A stretch of 64,000 nt of DNA from NCBI GenBank assembly GCA_039915945.1, contig JBDSMH010000049.1, positions 5,627 through 69,626 on the forward strand. The letters are read 5' to 3'. The position numbers were made by a program, and so were the translations under genes. Every line of letters begins with the position of its first letter. The stretch's first letter is position 1. Under the pieces are notes generated by a model. It worked only from the letters and a program-made list of their open reading frames with translations, was not told where the DNA came from and did no database searches. This DNA is from Acidimicrobiales bacterium. GTDB taxonomy: Bacteria > Actinomycetota > Acidimicrobiia > Acidimicrobiales > WLNW01. Of this stretch, positions 28,150 through 38,080 are shown one piece after another.

Positions 28150-29145
28150 GTGGCCTCCTCCAATCCGCTCGCGCTCTCGGCCACGATGACCGAGGACCTG
28201 GCAAAGGTCGAGGTCGAACTGCGCCAGGCCGTGATCACCGAGGATCCGTTCCTGACGGAGGTGGCCAGCCATTTGATCCTGGCCGGGGGCAAACGAATTC
28301 GTCCCGGCTTCTGCCTCGTGGCCTCGCTCGCCCAGGACATCGCCGATCGAGCCGTCGCCCACGAGGTCATCATGGGCGCCGTGTCGGTCGAGCTCGTCCA
28401 CCTGGGCTCGCTCTACCACGACGACGTAATGGACGACGCCGTGACCCGGCGCACGGTCGAGAGCGTCAACGCCAAATGGGGCAACCTCAAGGCCATCCTC
28501 GCCGGCGACTTCCTCCTGGCGAGGGCATCCGAGATCGCCGCGTCGCTCGGTACCGAGGTGGCCGGCCTGCTGGCCAACACCATCGCGCGCCTGTGTGAAG
28601 GCCAGGTGCGGGAGCTGCGCGATGCCTACAACCTCGGTCGCACCGAGGAGAACTACATCACTTCGATCAACGGCAAGACCGCGGCGCTGTTGGCCACGGC
28701 ATGTCGCGTCGGCGCGATCGTGGCCGACCTTCCCCGCCCGATCGTCACGACGCTGACCGACTTCGGCCGCCACTACGGCATGGCGTTCCAAGTGGTCGAC
28801 GACATCCTCGACGTGGTCGCCACCGACGAAGAGCTCGGCAAACCATCGGGCAACGATCTCGTCGAGGGCATCTACAACCTCCCCGTGCTGCATGCGCTGC
28901 GCTCGCCGGTCGGTGACGAATTGCGCACCCTGCTCGGCGACACGCTCGAGCCCGAGGCCCGTGAGGTCGCCCGCGCGTTGGTCAAGCGCAGCGGGGCGAT
29001 CGATTCCGCACTGCAAATCGCGCAGCGCTATGCGGATCAGGCCGCGGCCGCGCTCACTCCGCTCGACGGCACTGTCGCCGGCCGGTCGCTCGGCGCGGCC
29101 GCTGATGACCTCATGGCACGCGTGGCGGCGGCCGCGGCGCGCTGA
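28150..29145 (+). CDS. polyprenyl diphosphate synthase (trans-IPPS family)
   Basis: 331 aa. First and second Asp-rich motifs 'LYHDDVMDD' and 'FQVVDDILD'. GTG start. Alternative ATG at 28186. Confidence 0.85.
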   Translation: MASSNPLALSATMTEDLAKVEVELRQAVITEDPFLTEVASHLILAGGKRIRPGFCLVASLAQDIADRAVAHEVIMGAVSVELVHLGSLYHDDVMDDAVTRRTVESVNAKWGNLKAILAGDFLLARASEIAASLGTEVAGLLANTIARLCEGQVRELRDAYNLGRTEENYITSINGKTAALLATACRVGAIVADLPRPIVTTLTDFGRHYGMAFQVVDDILDVVATDEELGKPSGNDLVEGIYNLPVLHALRSPVGDELRTLLGDTLEPEAREVARALVKRSGAIDSALQIAQRYADQAAAALTPLDGTVAGRSLGAAADDLMARVAAAAAR

Positions 29146-29153
29146 CGTCCGCC

Positions 29154-29957
29154 GTGGCTCCCGACCGCGCAGAGCCGCTGCGACAACCAGGGATGTACGC
29201 CGACCGGCACGGCACTGGTGCCGCACGGCGCCGCTTCGCCGCGCAATCTGTATCCGACGGAATCATCCACGCCGAGATGGAAGACGAGATGCACCACTTC
29301 CGCATCGAGTTGACCCACGACGGCGAGCGAGTCCTCGATGTCACCGGCACGCCGGTGCGTTGGCCGTGGAGCACGTGCTTCGATTCTCCGACCGCGTTGG
29401 TCGCGCTAAGCGGCTGCCCGCTCACGGCGCAGGCGTCGTCGATCGGCGCGTACACCAACGTCAAAGAGCAGTGCACCCATCAGTTCGATCTCACCGCGTT
29501 CGCCATCGCACACGCATGGCGCGTCACGCGCGGCGGAGCACCCGCGCGCGAGTACCTCACGGTCGTTCCGGACTGGTCTCTGCCACCGTTCGGCGCGTAC
29601 CTATGGCGCGATCGCGAACCGCTGCTGACGTGGCTCACGGACGGCGCCACCATCCTCGGTCCCGCGCCGTTCGACGGCGTGGCGTTGCGCAAGCGCTTCC
29701 TCGATTGGTGCGAGACCAATCTCGACGCCGATCTCGCGGAGGCGGCTCAGATGTTGCGCCGCGCCGTATGGATCTCTCCGGCGCGCTCGCACGATCTCGA
29801 AGCGTGCGCCGATGCCCAAGAGAGCAACGTCGGCCACGGTGTCTGCTACACCGCGCAGCCGCAGCGCATCGTCATCGCGAAGCGCAGCCGCGGCAGCCTG
29901 CGCGACTATTCCAACACGCCACTTGGGCTGCACCAGGATTCGTCTACAGTCGCCTGA
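29154..29957 (+). CDS. hypothetical protein (possibly DUF2889-like; not verified)
   Basis: 267-aa ORF. The conserved-looking core is '[17 protein letters not shown]...RWPWSTC...EQCTHQFDL'. The start is uncertain (internal Met candidates at about 29277-29289). Confidence 0.5.
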   Translation: MAPDRAEPLRQPGMYADRHGTGAARRRFAAQSVSDGIIHAEMEDEMHHFRIELTHDGERVLDVTGTPVRWPWSTCFDSPTALVALSGCPLTAQASSIGAYTNVKEQCTHQFDLTAFAIAHAWRVTRGGAPAREYLTVVPDWSLPPFGAYLWRDREPLLTWLTDGATILGPAPFDGVALRKRFLDWCETNLDADLAEAAQMLRRAVWISPARSHDLEACADAQESNVGHGVCYTAQPQRIVIAKRSRGSLRDYSNTPLGLHQDSSTVA

Positions 29958-29977
29958 CCCAAGGCAAGGGAGTCGTC

Positions 29978-30361
29978 ATGACCGCCACCGCCGCCGCCGT
30001 GAAGGCATTGCTCGATCGCTACTGCGAAGCCATGAGCGCCAACCACCGGGAGAAGTGGCTCGACTGCTTTGCCGACGACGCGGTGCAAGAAGATCCGGTG
30101 GGGGCCACACCCAACATCGGGCGCGACGCCATCGGCAAGTTCTTCGACAGCAATCCGATCGCGGTCCACATCTATCAGACGCAAGACCCGCTCGTGATCG
30201 GCCGAGAAGTACTGGCGTTCTTCGCCGTCGACGCCGACATGGACGGCACCACGATGCATCTACCGCGCATCGTCGACCACATCGTGCTAACCGAAGACGG
30301 CACCCGCTTCCAACGACTGCGCGCGTTCTTCGACTACGCGGAGCTCGGCCCCAAGGGCTAG
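29978..30361 (+). CDS. SnoaL/NTF2-like (ketosteroid-isomerase-like) protein
   Basis: 127 aa. The ATG is preceded by AAGGGAG. 'VKALLDRYCEAMSANHREKWLDCFADDAVQEDPVG' is a typical SnoaL-like N-terminus. Confidence 0.65.
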   Translation: MTATAAAVKALLDRYCEAMSANHREKWLDCFADDAVQEDPVGATPNIGRDAIGKFFDSNPIAVHIYQTQDPLVIGREVLAFFAVDADMDGTTMHLPRIVDHIVLTEDGTRFQRLRAFFDYAELGPKG

Positions 30362-30401
30362 CCACCAAGGGGACGGCCCGGGCGGCCCTCAGAGCGGAGA
30401 G

Positions 30402-30902
30402 TCAGGGCAGCACCACGCCGCTCGGGCGCACCGCATCGTGGAAGACCTGTTGCGCCGCCAGGCCCGTGCCACTCGTGGCGCCCACGTCGAGCCGCATCCG
30501 ATGGGCGATGGCGAATGTGTGGTCCAACTCGCCCAGGTCGATGGCGATGTGTGTCGCGTCATTCGAAACGCGACCGGTGGCCGACGCAATCACGGCACCC
30601 GTGAGATCGGGCGCGATGTCGACCAAGGTCGCGGCGAATTCGGCATCGGGTGCCGACGACGCGCCGTAGAGCTCGACTACGACCGGCCCGCGCACCACCA
30701 GTGGCGCGATGAAGACGGGTGACGAGTACCGCAACGACTCGGCATTGGGCGCGCCGCAGTTGAACGAATCGACGGACTCCATCGTCGCGGCCACCGTCGA
30801 CAAAGAGCCGTCGCTCGGCCGATGGTGCGCGCCGCCACCGGAATGTAGGTACCAGCGTGCAATCATCAGCCGAAGGCGATGGCGCGGGTCTTGATGCGCC
30901 AC
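30402..30902 (-). pseudogene. remnant of a CocE/NonD-family hydrolase (C-terminal beta-sandwich domain only)
   Basis: 'LRYSSPVFIAPLVVRGPVVVELYGASSAPDAEFAATLVDIAPD...HRMRLDV' resembles the PepX_C/CocE C-terminal domain. No alpha/beta-hydrolase N-terminal part is present upstream. The region upstream is occupied by another gene, which it overlaps. Confidence 0.5.
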
Positions 30903-31285
30903 AGACCGTCGCTGCCGCGCTCGAACGTGTCGTGGTAGTGCCCCATGAGTTGGATCGTGGGTTCAGTGGTCGTGTTGCCGTAGAAGATCCAGTAGGAATC
31001 GGAAGTGGCCACGTCGCTGCCGTCGGTCTCGACGGCGATGGTCGTGATCACATGGCGCGAATTCGAACCCGGCCCCGTCTGTTTGATCTCGCGCCGGCCG
31101 AGCCAACCGACCTTGATGTCGGCGCGGCCCTTGCGCGGGGCACCCGGCATCAGCCAATCGGCCTCTTCGGTGAAGATCTCGGTGTACTCGTCAGGATCAG
31201 TGCCCATGTCGGCCAAGTGCGCGACGCGGGCGATCGTGTTGCGGATCGCGAGTTCGTCGGCGATGCGAGTGTCGGTGATGGTCAT
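30866..31285 (-). CDS. SnoaL_4/NTF2-like protein
   Basis: 139 aa. 'IADELAIRNTIARVAHLADMG...DEYTEIFTEEADW' and C-terminal 'YHDTFERGSDGLWRIKTR' are typical of SnoaL_4. Confidence 0.65.
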   Translation of the reverse strand: MTITDTRIADELAIRNTIARVAHLADMGTDPDEYTEIFTEEADWLMPGAPRKGRADIKVGWLGRREIKQTGPGSNSRHVITTIAVETDGSDVATSDSYWIFYGNTTTEPTIQLMGHYHDTFERGSDGLWRIKTRAIAFG

Positions 31286-31333
31286 GGGAGTCCCCTTGTC
31301 GGCAGCGTGATCGAGGTGATCGTAGCCACGGCT

Positions 31334-32184
31334 TCACTCGGCTTCGATCGGTCGGTTCGTCCAGACCTGGCCCGGCCGGTTGCTGGTGGGGAACCAACCG
31401 CCCGCGGCACCGGTACCACCGTCGGTCGGGATGGTGTGGCCCGTGATGAAACGGAAAGGTCCGACGCCAGGAACAGCATCACGCGCGCCTGATCGTCGGG
31501 CACGCCCATTCAACCGACGGGAACCCAGATCGGCCACAGGTGTTCCTGCTCGGGCGGCACGAACTTGCTGTAGGGCACTTGGATCGATTCGGTGACGTCG
31601 GGGCCGACGCCGTTGACCCGCACGCCGTGGATCCCCGCTTGCACACCGACCGACTTGGTGAACTGCACGACGGCAGCCTTGATCGCGCCGTAGACGGGAT
31701 CGAGTGGATAGCCGCGCAGACCTTCGACGGACGACACGTTGATGATCGACCCCGCATGCCGTTCGATCATCGACGGCAGGAAAAGGTGCGTCATCCGCAG
31801 CACGTGGAGGTAGTTGATCTCGTAGATCGCCTGCCAGTGATCCTCGGTTGTGTCCTCGAATGCCTCATGGAACTTGACGTAGTGACCGACGTTGTTCACC
31901 AACACGTCGAGACGTCCGTGGTCGGCGAGCACCTGATCCCTCAATGACTGCAGCGACGCCGCGTCGCGCACGTCGAGCACGTGGCCTTCGCTGCTGCCAC
32001 CCGACTGGTTGATCTCGTCGACGACGCCCGGCGTGCGGCGCTCGCTGTTGTCGACGACGATCACGTGCGCGCCATGCCGTGCGAAGAGCCGAGCGGTCGC
32101 GGCGCCGATCGCACCCGCACCGCCGGTGATCAGCGCGACCCGATCGGTGAGAAGTGCGCCGGGCCCGTCGTTGTAGTCGTCCAT
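31334..32184 (-). pseudogene. short-chain dehydrogenase/reductase disrupted by an in-frame TGA and a 1-nt frameshift
   Basis: 'ITGGAGAIG', 'NNVG', and the S...'YGAIK' triad are intact. TGA at 31510-31512 sits where SDRs carry the conserved Arg of 'P.GR.G.P' ('VPVG*MGVPDD'). The frame changes near 31450 between 'FLASDLS' and 'RFITGHTIPTDGGTGAAGGW'. Confidence 0.75.
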
Positions 32185-32219
32185 GCGGCGGGAAACTACT
32201 CTTCGGGTAACGTGGCGGC

Positions 32220-33152
32220 ATGGGGATCACGGTCACGCCGACCGGAGCCACGCTGGGGGCCTACGTCACCGGCGTCGCCTTGCGGTCGATCGACGATGAA
32301 CAGTGGGGTGCGGTCGAAGAGGCCTGGCACGAGTACGGAGTGCTCGTCTTCCCCGAGCAACATCTCACGCACGACGAACAGGTCGCGTTCAGCACCCGTG
32401 TCGGCTCGCTCGAACGGCTGGCCGAGTCGAACACCACGACGCGACGCATCGACATCTCCCGCATCTCCAACGTGACGCCGGATGGCGTCGTGGTGTCCGA
32501 TCAGCGCGCGCCCAACATCCGCATGATCATCGGCAACATGGCCTGGCACAGCGACAGCTCGTTTCGGCCCGTGCCGGCAAAGGCATCGCTGCTATCCGCG
32601 CACGTGCTTCCTTCGCACGGCGGAGAGACCGAGTTTGCCGACATGCGGGCGGCCTACGACGCGTTGGACGAAGAGTGCAAGCAACAACTCGAAGGACTGC
32701 TCGGCACGCATTCGTACGCGTACTCACAGGGCAAGGTCGGTGGCCTCGAAGAGGTCTTCACCCCCGAAGCGCGTGCGCGCATGGTGGATATCGAGCATCC
32801 CATCGTGCGCACCCACGCCGATACCGGGCGCAAGTCGCTGTTCATCGGCCGCCACGTGTACCGCATCACGGGCATGACCGACGACGACGCCCAAGCGATG
32901 CTCGAGCGATTGATCGCGTGGGCCTGCCAGCCGCCGCGTGTGTTCAAACACCGCTGGACCGTCGGTGACATCGTGATGTGGGACAACCGCTGCGTATTGC
33001 ACCGCGCGCATCCGTGGGACATGCACGAGCCGCGCGTGATGTGGCACACCCGCGTCGCCGGCGACGGTGTCAACAACGAGTTCGCACTACCTAGCGCGGC
33101 TCCGCCGCAACGGATTGGTGCGGCTTCGCCGCACGCGCAAGTGCGCTCATAG
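32220..33152 (+). CDS. TauD/TfdA-family Fe(II)/2-oxoglutarate dioxygenase
   Basis: 310 aa. 'WHSDSSF' (HxD), 'GGETEFADM', 'WDNRCVLHRA'. Confidence 0.8.
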   Translation: MGITVTPTGATLGAYVTGVALRSIDDEQWGAVEEAWHEYGVLVFPEQHLTHDEQVAFSTRVGSLERLAESNTTTRRIDISRISNVTPDGVVVSDQRAPNIRMIIGNMAWHSDSSFRPVPAKASLLSAHVLPSHGGETEFADMRAAYDALDEECKQQLEGLLGTHSYAYSQGKVGGLEEVFTPEARARMVDIEHPIVRTHADTGRKSLFIGRHVYRITGMTDDDAQAMLERLIAWACQPPRVFKHRWTVGDIVMWDNRCVLHRAHPWDMHEPRVMWHTRVAGDGVNNEFALPSAAPPQRIGAASPHAQVRS

Positions 33153-33322
33153 TCTCGTAGTCCAATAGCACGTCCACCGTGCTTTTCGACTACCAGAGTG
33201 AAACAGCGCGGCTTCGGCGCGCCATCTACGGTGCGCCCACCTTCCTAGAGCAGTTTCCCGCATATTCGGTGACAACTGCGCCGAGAACATCGGGACGCCT
33301 CAGAAGGCGCCGCGTCGCGATC

Positions 33323-34114
33323 TCAGCGAGGGGCGAGACGCAACCCGGCGTCGAGACGAATGACTTCGCCGTTGAAGTACGTGTTCTCCATCAACTGCGC
33401 GACGAGGCTCGCCACGTCGGCGGGCACGCCCACGCGCTTCGGGAACACATTGTTTTCCGCCAACCGGTCGATGAAGTCGCGCGACAGCCCTGCGAGCAAG
33501 GGTGTGTCCATGGTGCCCGGGCAGATGCACATCACGCGAATGCCGAGTTGCCCGAGATCTCGGGCGAGGGGCAGCGTCATCGCGAGCACGCCGCCCTTCG
33601 ACGAACCGTAGGCCGCCTGCCCGACCTGACCCTCGTAGCCGGCGATCGAGGCAATGTTGACGATCAGGCCCCGCTCACCGTCGTCGCCGGGCTCGTTTTT
33701 GGCCATGGCCCCCGCAACATTGCGGATCATGTCGAACATGCCGACGAGGTTGATGTCGATGTGCTTGCGGAAGAGGTCGAGCGAATGCAGAACGCCGTCG
33801 CGACCGACGATGCGCGCGCCGATGCTGACGCCGGCGCACGACACCAACAGGTCGATGCGGCCGAACGCGTCGAGCGCAGCGGCGACGACGGCTTCGACCA
33901 TCGCCGGTTGCGTGACATCGCACGGGACGAACCGCACGTTGGGCCCGAGTTGCTGCGCGACTTCGCCGCCGGCAGAGCTCTCGAGATCGGCGATGACCGC
34001 GCGGCCGCCCCGCGCCACGAGCAGCTCGACGACGCCCCGACCGATACCCGACGCGCCGCCGGTCACTACTGCTACTGCGCCCGAGGGTTTCACGTCAGCT
34101 GTCGCCTGCGGCAA
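33323..34114 (-). CDS. SDR-family oxidoreductase (3-hydroxyacyl-CoA dehydrogenase type-2-like)
   Basis: '[10 protein letters not shown]', 'YGSSKGGV', 'NIASIAG'. The likely start is the GTG at 34093, just after the lysS stop. The longest ORF starts at the TTG at 34114. Confidence 0.8.
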   Translation of the reverse strand: MPQATADVKPSGAVAVVTGGASGIGRGVVELLVARGGRAVIADLESSAGGEVAQQLGPNVRFVPCDVTQPAMVEAVVAAALDAFGRIDLLVSCAGVSIGARIVGRDGVLHSLDLFRKHIDINLVGMFDMIRNVAGAMAKNEPGDDGERGLIVNIASIAGYEGQVGQAAYGSSKGGVLAMTLPLARDLGQLGIRVMCICPGTMDTPLLAGLSRDFIDRLAENNVFPKRVGVPADVASLVAQLMENTYFNGEVIRLDAGLRLAPR

Positions 34115-35510
34115 CTTCGGGACGAAGGGTCGGGAACAAGATGACGTCGCGAATGCTCGTCGTGTCGGTGAGCAACATCACCAGACGATCGACGCCGATG
34201 CCGAGACCGCCGGTGGGCGGCAGCCCGTACTCGAGTGCACGGATGTAATCCTCGTCGATCGCCATGGCCTCGTCGTCACCTGACTCTCGTTGGTCGGCCT
34301 GGTGCTCCATGCGCGACCGTTGCTCGACAGGATCGGTGAGCTCACTGAACGCGTTGCACAACTCGCGTCCGGCAACGATCCCTTCGAACCGCTCGACCAT
34401 GCCGGGAATCTCGCGGTGATCGCGCGCCAGCGGCGACACTTCGGTCGGATAGTCGAGCACGAACACGGGCCCCCACAGCGCGTGCTCGGTTGTCTTCTCG
34501 TAGATCTCGAGAATGAGCTTACCCGGACCCCACTCGGCCTTGACTTGGATCTCGAACTCGCGTGCCATGTCGCGCAACCGGTCGACGGGCATGCGCACGT
34601 CGACCTCTACACCGGCGTGCTCGCGCACCAACTCGGTCAATGTGGCCCGTCGCCACGGCGGAGTCAGGTCGAGCTCGCGCCCGCCGTAGCTGAGCACCGT
34701 GGTCCCACACACCTCGAGCGCGAGATGGGCCACCAGATCTTCGACAAGGCGCATCATGTCGGTGTAGTCGGCGTACGCCTGATAGAGCTCGAGCATCGTG
34801 AACTCGGGATTGTGGCGCGGCGACAGACCTTCGTTGCGAAAAACGCGGCCGATCTCGAACACGCGCTCGAAGCCGCCCACGATCAAACGCTTGAGGTAGA
34901 GCTCGGGCGCGATACGCAGGAAGAGCTGCATGTCGAGCGCGTTGTGGTGCGTGACGAACGGCTTCGCCAGCGCACCGCCCGGGATCGGATGGAAAATCGG
35001 TGTCTCGACTTCGACGAAGTCACGCGCTTCGAGCCAATGCCGCGTCGACGACACGATGCGGCTGCGCGCTCGAAACGCGCGCCTCGCTTCGTCGGTGACC
35101 CAGAGGTCGACGTAACGCTGGCGGAATCGCATGTCGACATCGCTGATGCCGTGCCACTTGTCGGGAAACGGGCGGCGGGCCTCGGCCAGCACGCACCAGG
35201 ACGTGACCTTGACCGACAACTCGCCCTTCTTGGTCTTGACGACCTCGCCGGTCGCACCGACCCAATCGCCCAATGAAAGTTTCTTGAACGCGTCGAACTC
35301 GCCGGTCCAGCTGGGGTTGGCGAACAACTGGATGCGTCCGGTCGCGTCTTGCAGCACACCGAACACCATCTTGCCCTGATCGCGCCGCAACATCAGACGG
35401 CCGGCGAGTGTGACGATGACGCCGGTTTCGCCACCGTCGTCGATCGTGGAGTACTGCTCGACGATCGGCGCGATCGAGTGCGTCGTCTCGAATCGGTAGG
35501 GAACGCTCAT
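34095..35510 (-). CDS. lysS: lysine--tRNA ligase (class II)
   Basis: 471 aa from the ATG at 35510 (ATGA overlap with coaX). OB-fold '[23 protein letters not shown]' and class II motifs 'FRNEG...HNPEFTMLE', '[13 protein letters not shown]'. Confidence 0.93.
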   Translation of the reverse strand: MSVPYRFETTHSIAPIVEQYSTIDDGGETGVIVTLAGRLMLRRDQGKMVFGVLQDATGRIQLFANPSWTGEFDAFKKLSLGDWVGATGEVVKTKKGELSVKVTSWCVLAEARRPFPDKWHGISDVDMRFRQRYVDLWVTDEARRAFRARSRIVSSTRHWLEARDFVEVETPIFHPIPGGALAKPFVTHHNALDMQLFLRIAPELYLKRLIVGGFERVFEIGRVFRNEGLSPRHNPEFTMLELYQAYADYTDMMRLVEDLVAHLALEVCGTTVLSYGGRELDLTPPWRRATLTELVREHAGVEVDVRMPVDRLRDMAREFEIQVKAEWGPGKLILEIYEKTTEHALWGPVFVLDYPTEVSPLARDHREIPGMVERFEGIVAGRELCNAFSELTDPVEQRSRMEHQADQRESGDDEAMAIDEDYIRALEYGLPPTGGLGIGVDRLVMLLTDTTSIRDVILFPTLRPEVAAGDS

Positions 35511-36304
35511 GCTGCCCTGTTCTTGTGGTACACGAGGCGCAGCCCGTGCAGTGTCAAGAAGGGCTCCTCGTGCTGAATGGTTTCGGACACCGGGGCGACG
35601 ATATGGGCCAGACCGCCGGTCGCCACCACCGTGCACTCATCGAGCTCTTTTTGGAAGCGGCGCACCATGCCGTCGATGAGCGATGCAAACCCGTACAAGA
35701 TGCCCGACTGCAGCGACTCTACGGTGTTCTTCCCGATGACATTGCGGGGTTCGATGAGCTCGACGGCGCGCAGCGCGGCGGCCCGACCGAACAGCGCGTC
35801 CATCGAGATCTCGATGCCGGGAGCGATGGCTCCGCCGACGAATTCGCCGTTGGCCGAGATGATGTCGAAGTTGGTACCGGTGCCGAAGTCGACCACGATC
35901 GTCGGCCCACCGTAGAGATCGAATGCAGCAACCGAGTTGGCGATGCGATCGGCGCCAACCTCCTTGGGGTTGTCGTAGAGAATCGGCATGCCGGTCTTGA
36001 CGCCGGGCTCGATCACGATCGGTGCCCAATCGAAGTAGCGGCTCACCATCATGCGCAGATTCATCAACACGCGCGGCACGCCGGAACAGATCGCGACGCC
36101 GGTCACTTCCTCGTCCATGTCGTAGCCCACCGTGTCGAGGAAGTTGCGAATGAGCACCGCGTACTCGTCGGACGTGCGTTCCGCTTCGGTGGACAACCGC
36201 CAATGCTCGATGAGGCCTTCGCCGGCGCCCGCTTTGGTCGACACCGCGTCCGCGTACAGACCGATGACGGTGTTCGTGTTGCCGGCATCCAATGTGAGCA
36301 GCAT
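35507..36304 (-). CDS. coaX: type III pantothenate kinase
   Basis: 265 aa from the ATG at 36304. '[12 protein letters not shown]', '[10 protein letters not shown]', 'ATGGLA'. Confidence 0.9.
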   Translation of the reverse strand: MLLTLDAGNTNTVIGLYADAVSTKAGAGEGLIEHWRLSTEAERTSDEYAVLIRNFLDTVGYDMDEEVTGVAICSGVPRVLMNLRMMVSRYFDWAPIVIEPGVKTGMPILYDNPKEVGADRIANSVAAFDLYGGPTIVVDFGTGTNFDIISANGEFVGGAIAPGIEISMDALFGRAAALRAVELIEPRNVIGKNTVESLQSGILYGFASLIDGMVRRFQKELDECTVVATGGLAHIVAPVSETIQHEEPFLTLHGLRLVYHKNRAA

Positions 36305-36318
36305 CGCGTCCCAGTCCC

Positions 36319-37209
36319 CTAGTTCCCCGGACGGATATCCAAGCCGATGTCGAGCACCGGCGCGGAGTTGGTCAGCGATCCCGAAGAGATCATGTCGGCA
36401 CCGGTCTGGGCATAGCTCGCGGCGTTTTCGAGTGTCACGCCACCGGAGATCTCGAGCAGCGGACGCCGCTGTCCGAGGCCGGCACCGAGAACCAGACGGA
36501 CGCACTCGGTGATCTCTTGGGGCGTCATGTTGTCGAGGAGGATCGCGTCGGCACCGGCGTGGACGGCCTCGAGGACCTGCTCGGGTCGCTCGCATTCGAC
36601 GTGAATGGTGCGGCCGGGCCACAGGTCGCGAGCGCGGGCCACGCCCGCGGCGATGCCTAGACGCGTGAGGTGGTTGTCCTTGAGCATCACCCAATCGCTG
36701 AGGTTGCCGCGATGGTTGCGCCCGCCACCGGCACGCACCGCTGCCTTCTCGAGCGCCCGTAAGCCGGGGGTCGTCTTGCGCGTGTCCCAAACACGCGGCG
36801 CGTCGTCACCGCCGGCATTGCGGAGTACGACCACAAGCGCCCGCACACGCGTCGCGACACCCGAGAGGTGGCCGAGGAAGTTGAGCGCCGTGCGCTCCGC
36901 GGTGAGGATCGGCGCCAACGGACCGCGTACGCGACCCACAACGGTGCCGCCGGCGACCAGCCGGCCCTCTGCGGACAACCACTCCACTTGGATGCGCTCG
37001 TCGATCTGGTGGAAGGCCTCGGTGGCACAACGGGTACCGGCGAGCACGCCGGCGACGCGCACCACGAATTCGGCCTCGGCGAGCGCGTCAACCGGTAGCA
37101 GCGCCGCCGACAGATCGCCGATCGGCGTGAGGTCTTCGGCCAACGCTCGCGCAACCGCATCGCGCACCGCGTGCAGCGGTGGGTGGAGATACGGATCGGT
37201 GTCGGTCAT
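36319..37209 (-). CDS. nadC: nicotinate-nucleotide diphosphorylase (quinolinate phosphoribosyltransferase)
   Basis: 296 aa. 'TAERTALNFLGHLSGVAT', 'DTRKTTPGLR', 'MLKDNH', 'LLDNM'. Confidence 0.9.
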   Translation of the reverse strand: MTDTDPYLHPPLHAVRDAVARALAEDLTPIGDLSAALLPVDALAEAEFVVRVAGVLAGTRCATEAFHQIDERIQVEWLSAEGRLVAGGTVVGRVRGPLAPILTAERTALNFLGHLSGVATRVRALVVVLRNAGGDDAPRVWDTRKTTPGLRALEKAAVRAGGGRNHRGNLSDWVMLKDNHLTRLGIAAGVARARDLWPGRTIHVECERPEQVLEAVHAGADAILLDNMTPQEITECVRLVLGAGLGQRRPLLEISGGVTLENAASYAQTGADMISSGSLTNSAPVLDIGLDIRPGN

Positions 37210-37211
37210 CG

Positions 37212-38051
37212 TCAGCCGAAGCCGCGCTTGTCTTGTTTGAGTGCCGTGTCGATCGACAGCGCCGACGCGACCACGAGGCTGCGCAGCGGGTCCACCAGCG
37301 TGGGGCTTATCTGCACGACGTAGTTGTCGGCGGTGGTGAACATCGTCTTGGCCAGACCTTCCCAGGTCTTGGTGATGCGCGCGACCTCAGCGCCGTTCGC
37401 GTCTTGGATGTTGAAGTTCCACGCGCGCCAGTTCTCGGCGTTGATCGAGCCCAACCGCTGCCCGTCGACGAACAGGCCGAAGTGGATCTTGCCGACCATG
37501 TTCTCTTGCATGATCGCGCCGATCACTTGACCCGCGCCGTTGGTGACTTCGAACTTCGACTTGAACATCTTGGCCGGGCGCTTGATGGCGAGTTGCACCA
37601 CGCCGTTGCCGTCGACGATCTGCAGGCTGTGGGTCATGAACTGGTCGAGGCTGGACACGACCCGCAGCACCTTTTTTGCGACGCTCTGGCCGACTTGGCG
37701 CACGGCACCGATCTGTTGACCGGACTGCGTGAAGATCGCGTACTCGTTGTTGACCTCGATCAGCTTCGCCTTTTGGTTCACCACCAACACGGGCTCGGAG
37801 AAGATCGTGCCCCCACCGGCGGGCACCTCGACGACGCCGGCCCGCTGTTGCACCTGTTGCTGAATCTTCTCGGGCGTGTGATCGACCGTGGGTAGCTGCT
37901 GCGGTGCACCGGGTGGATCGACACCCTGCCGGCCGTGCGACGTCACGTGTTCAGACCATTGCTGGCCGTCCCAGTAGCGCTGCTCGTGGCGGCCGAGCGG
38001 GTCGGGGAACCAACCGGGGGGAGGGTTTGTCGGGCCGTCTTGTTGCGTCAT
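37212..38051 (-). CDS. DUF2510 N-terminal motif fused to a phospholipid-scramblase / LURP-one-related (PF03803-like) domain
   Basis: 279 aa. 'GWFPDPLGRHEQRYWDGQQWSEHV' (DUF2510). The rest fits the scramblase/Tubby-like beta-barrel repeat pattern ('LVVNQKAKLIEVNNEYAIF', 'WNFNIQDANGAEVARITKTWEG...FTTADNYVVQI', 'ASALSID'). Confidence 0.65.
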   Translation of the reverse strand: MTQQDGPTNPPPGWFPDPLGRHEQRYWDGQQWSEHVTSHGRQGVDPPGAPQQLPTVDHTPEKIQQQVQQRAGVVEVPAGGGTIFSEPVLVVNQKAKLIEVNNEYAIFTQSGQQIGAVRQVGQSVAKKVLRVVSSLDQFMTHSLQIVDGNGVVQLAIKRPAKMFKSKFEVTNGAGQVIGAIMQENMVGKIHFGLFVDGQRLGSINAENWRAWNFNIQDANGAEVARITKTWEGLAKTMFTTADNYVVQISPTLVDPLRSLVVASALSIDTALKQDKRGFG

Positions 38052-38080
38052 GGCTGTCAGGGTAGCGACCGGATCAGTAC

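Noticed and set aside
27919-29226. A 5' extension of clpC to 1279 aa in the ORF track. Similar Arg-rich N-terminal extensions occur for hemQ (to 5800), hpt (to 45113), coaX (to 36790), holB (to 51948), prmA (to 15353) and tadB (to 61688).
   Set aside because: In each case the conserved family N-terminus begins at an internal start that abuts or overlaps the upstream gene's stop. The extension overlaps the neighbouring gene and has no protein-like composition.
31510-31512. The in-frame TGA in the SDR gene as a possible selenocysteine or read-through codon.
   Set aside because: It replaces a conserved Arg rather than a Cys, and CGA->TGA is a single transition. A second lesion, a frameshift, lies 60 nt downstream. 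I noticed no SECIS-like hairpin.
33153-33322. The 170-nt convergent gap between the TauD and SDR genes as a possible sRNA or terminator. It contains a GCGCG...CGCGC stem with a UUCG-containing loop.
   Set aside because: The stem is only 5 bp in the best register, and there is no T-tract on either strand. Evidence is insufficient.
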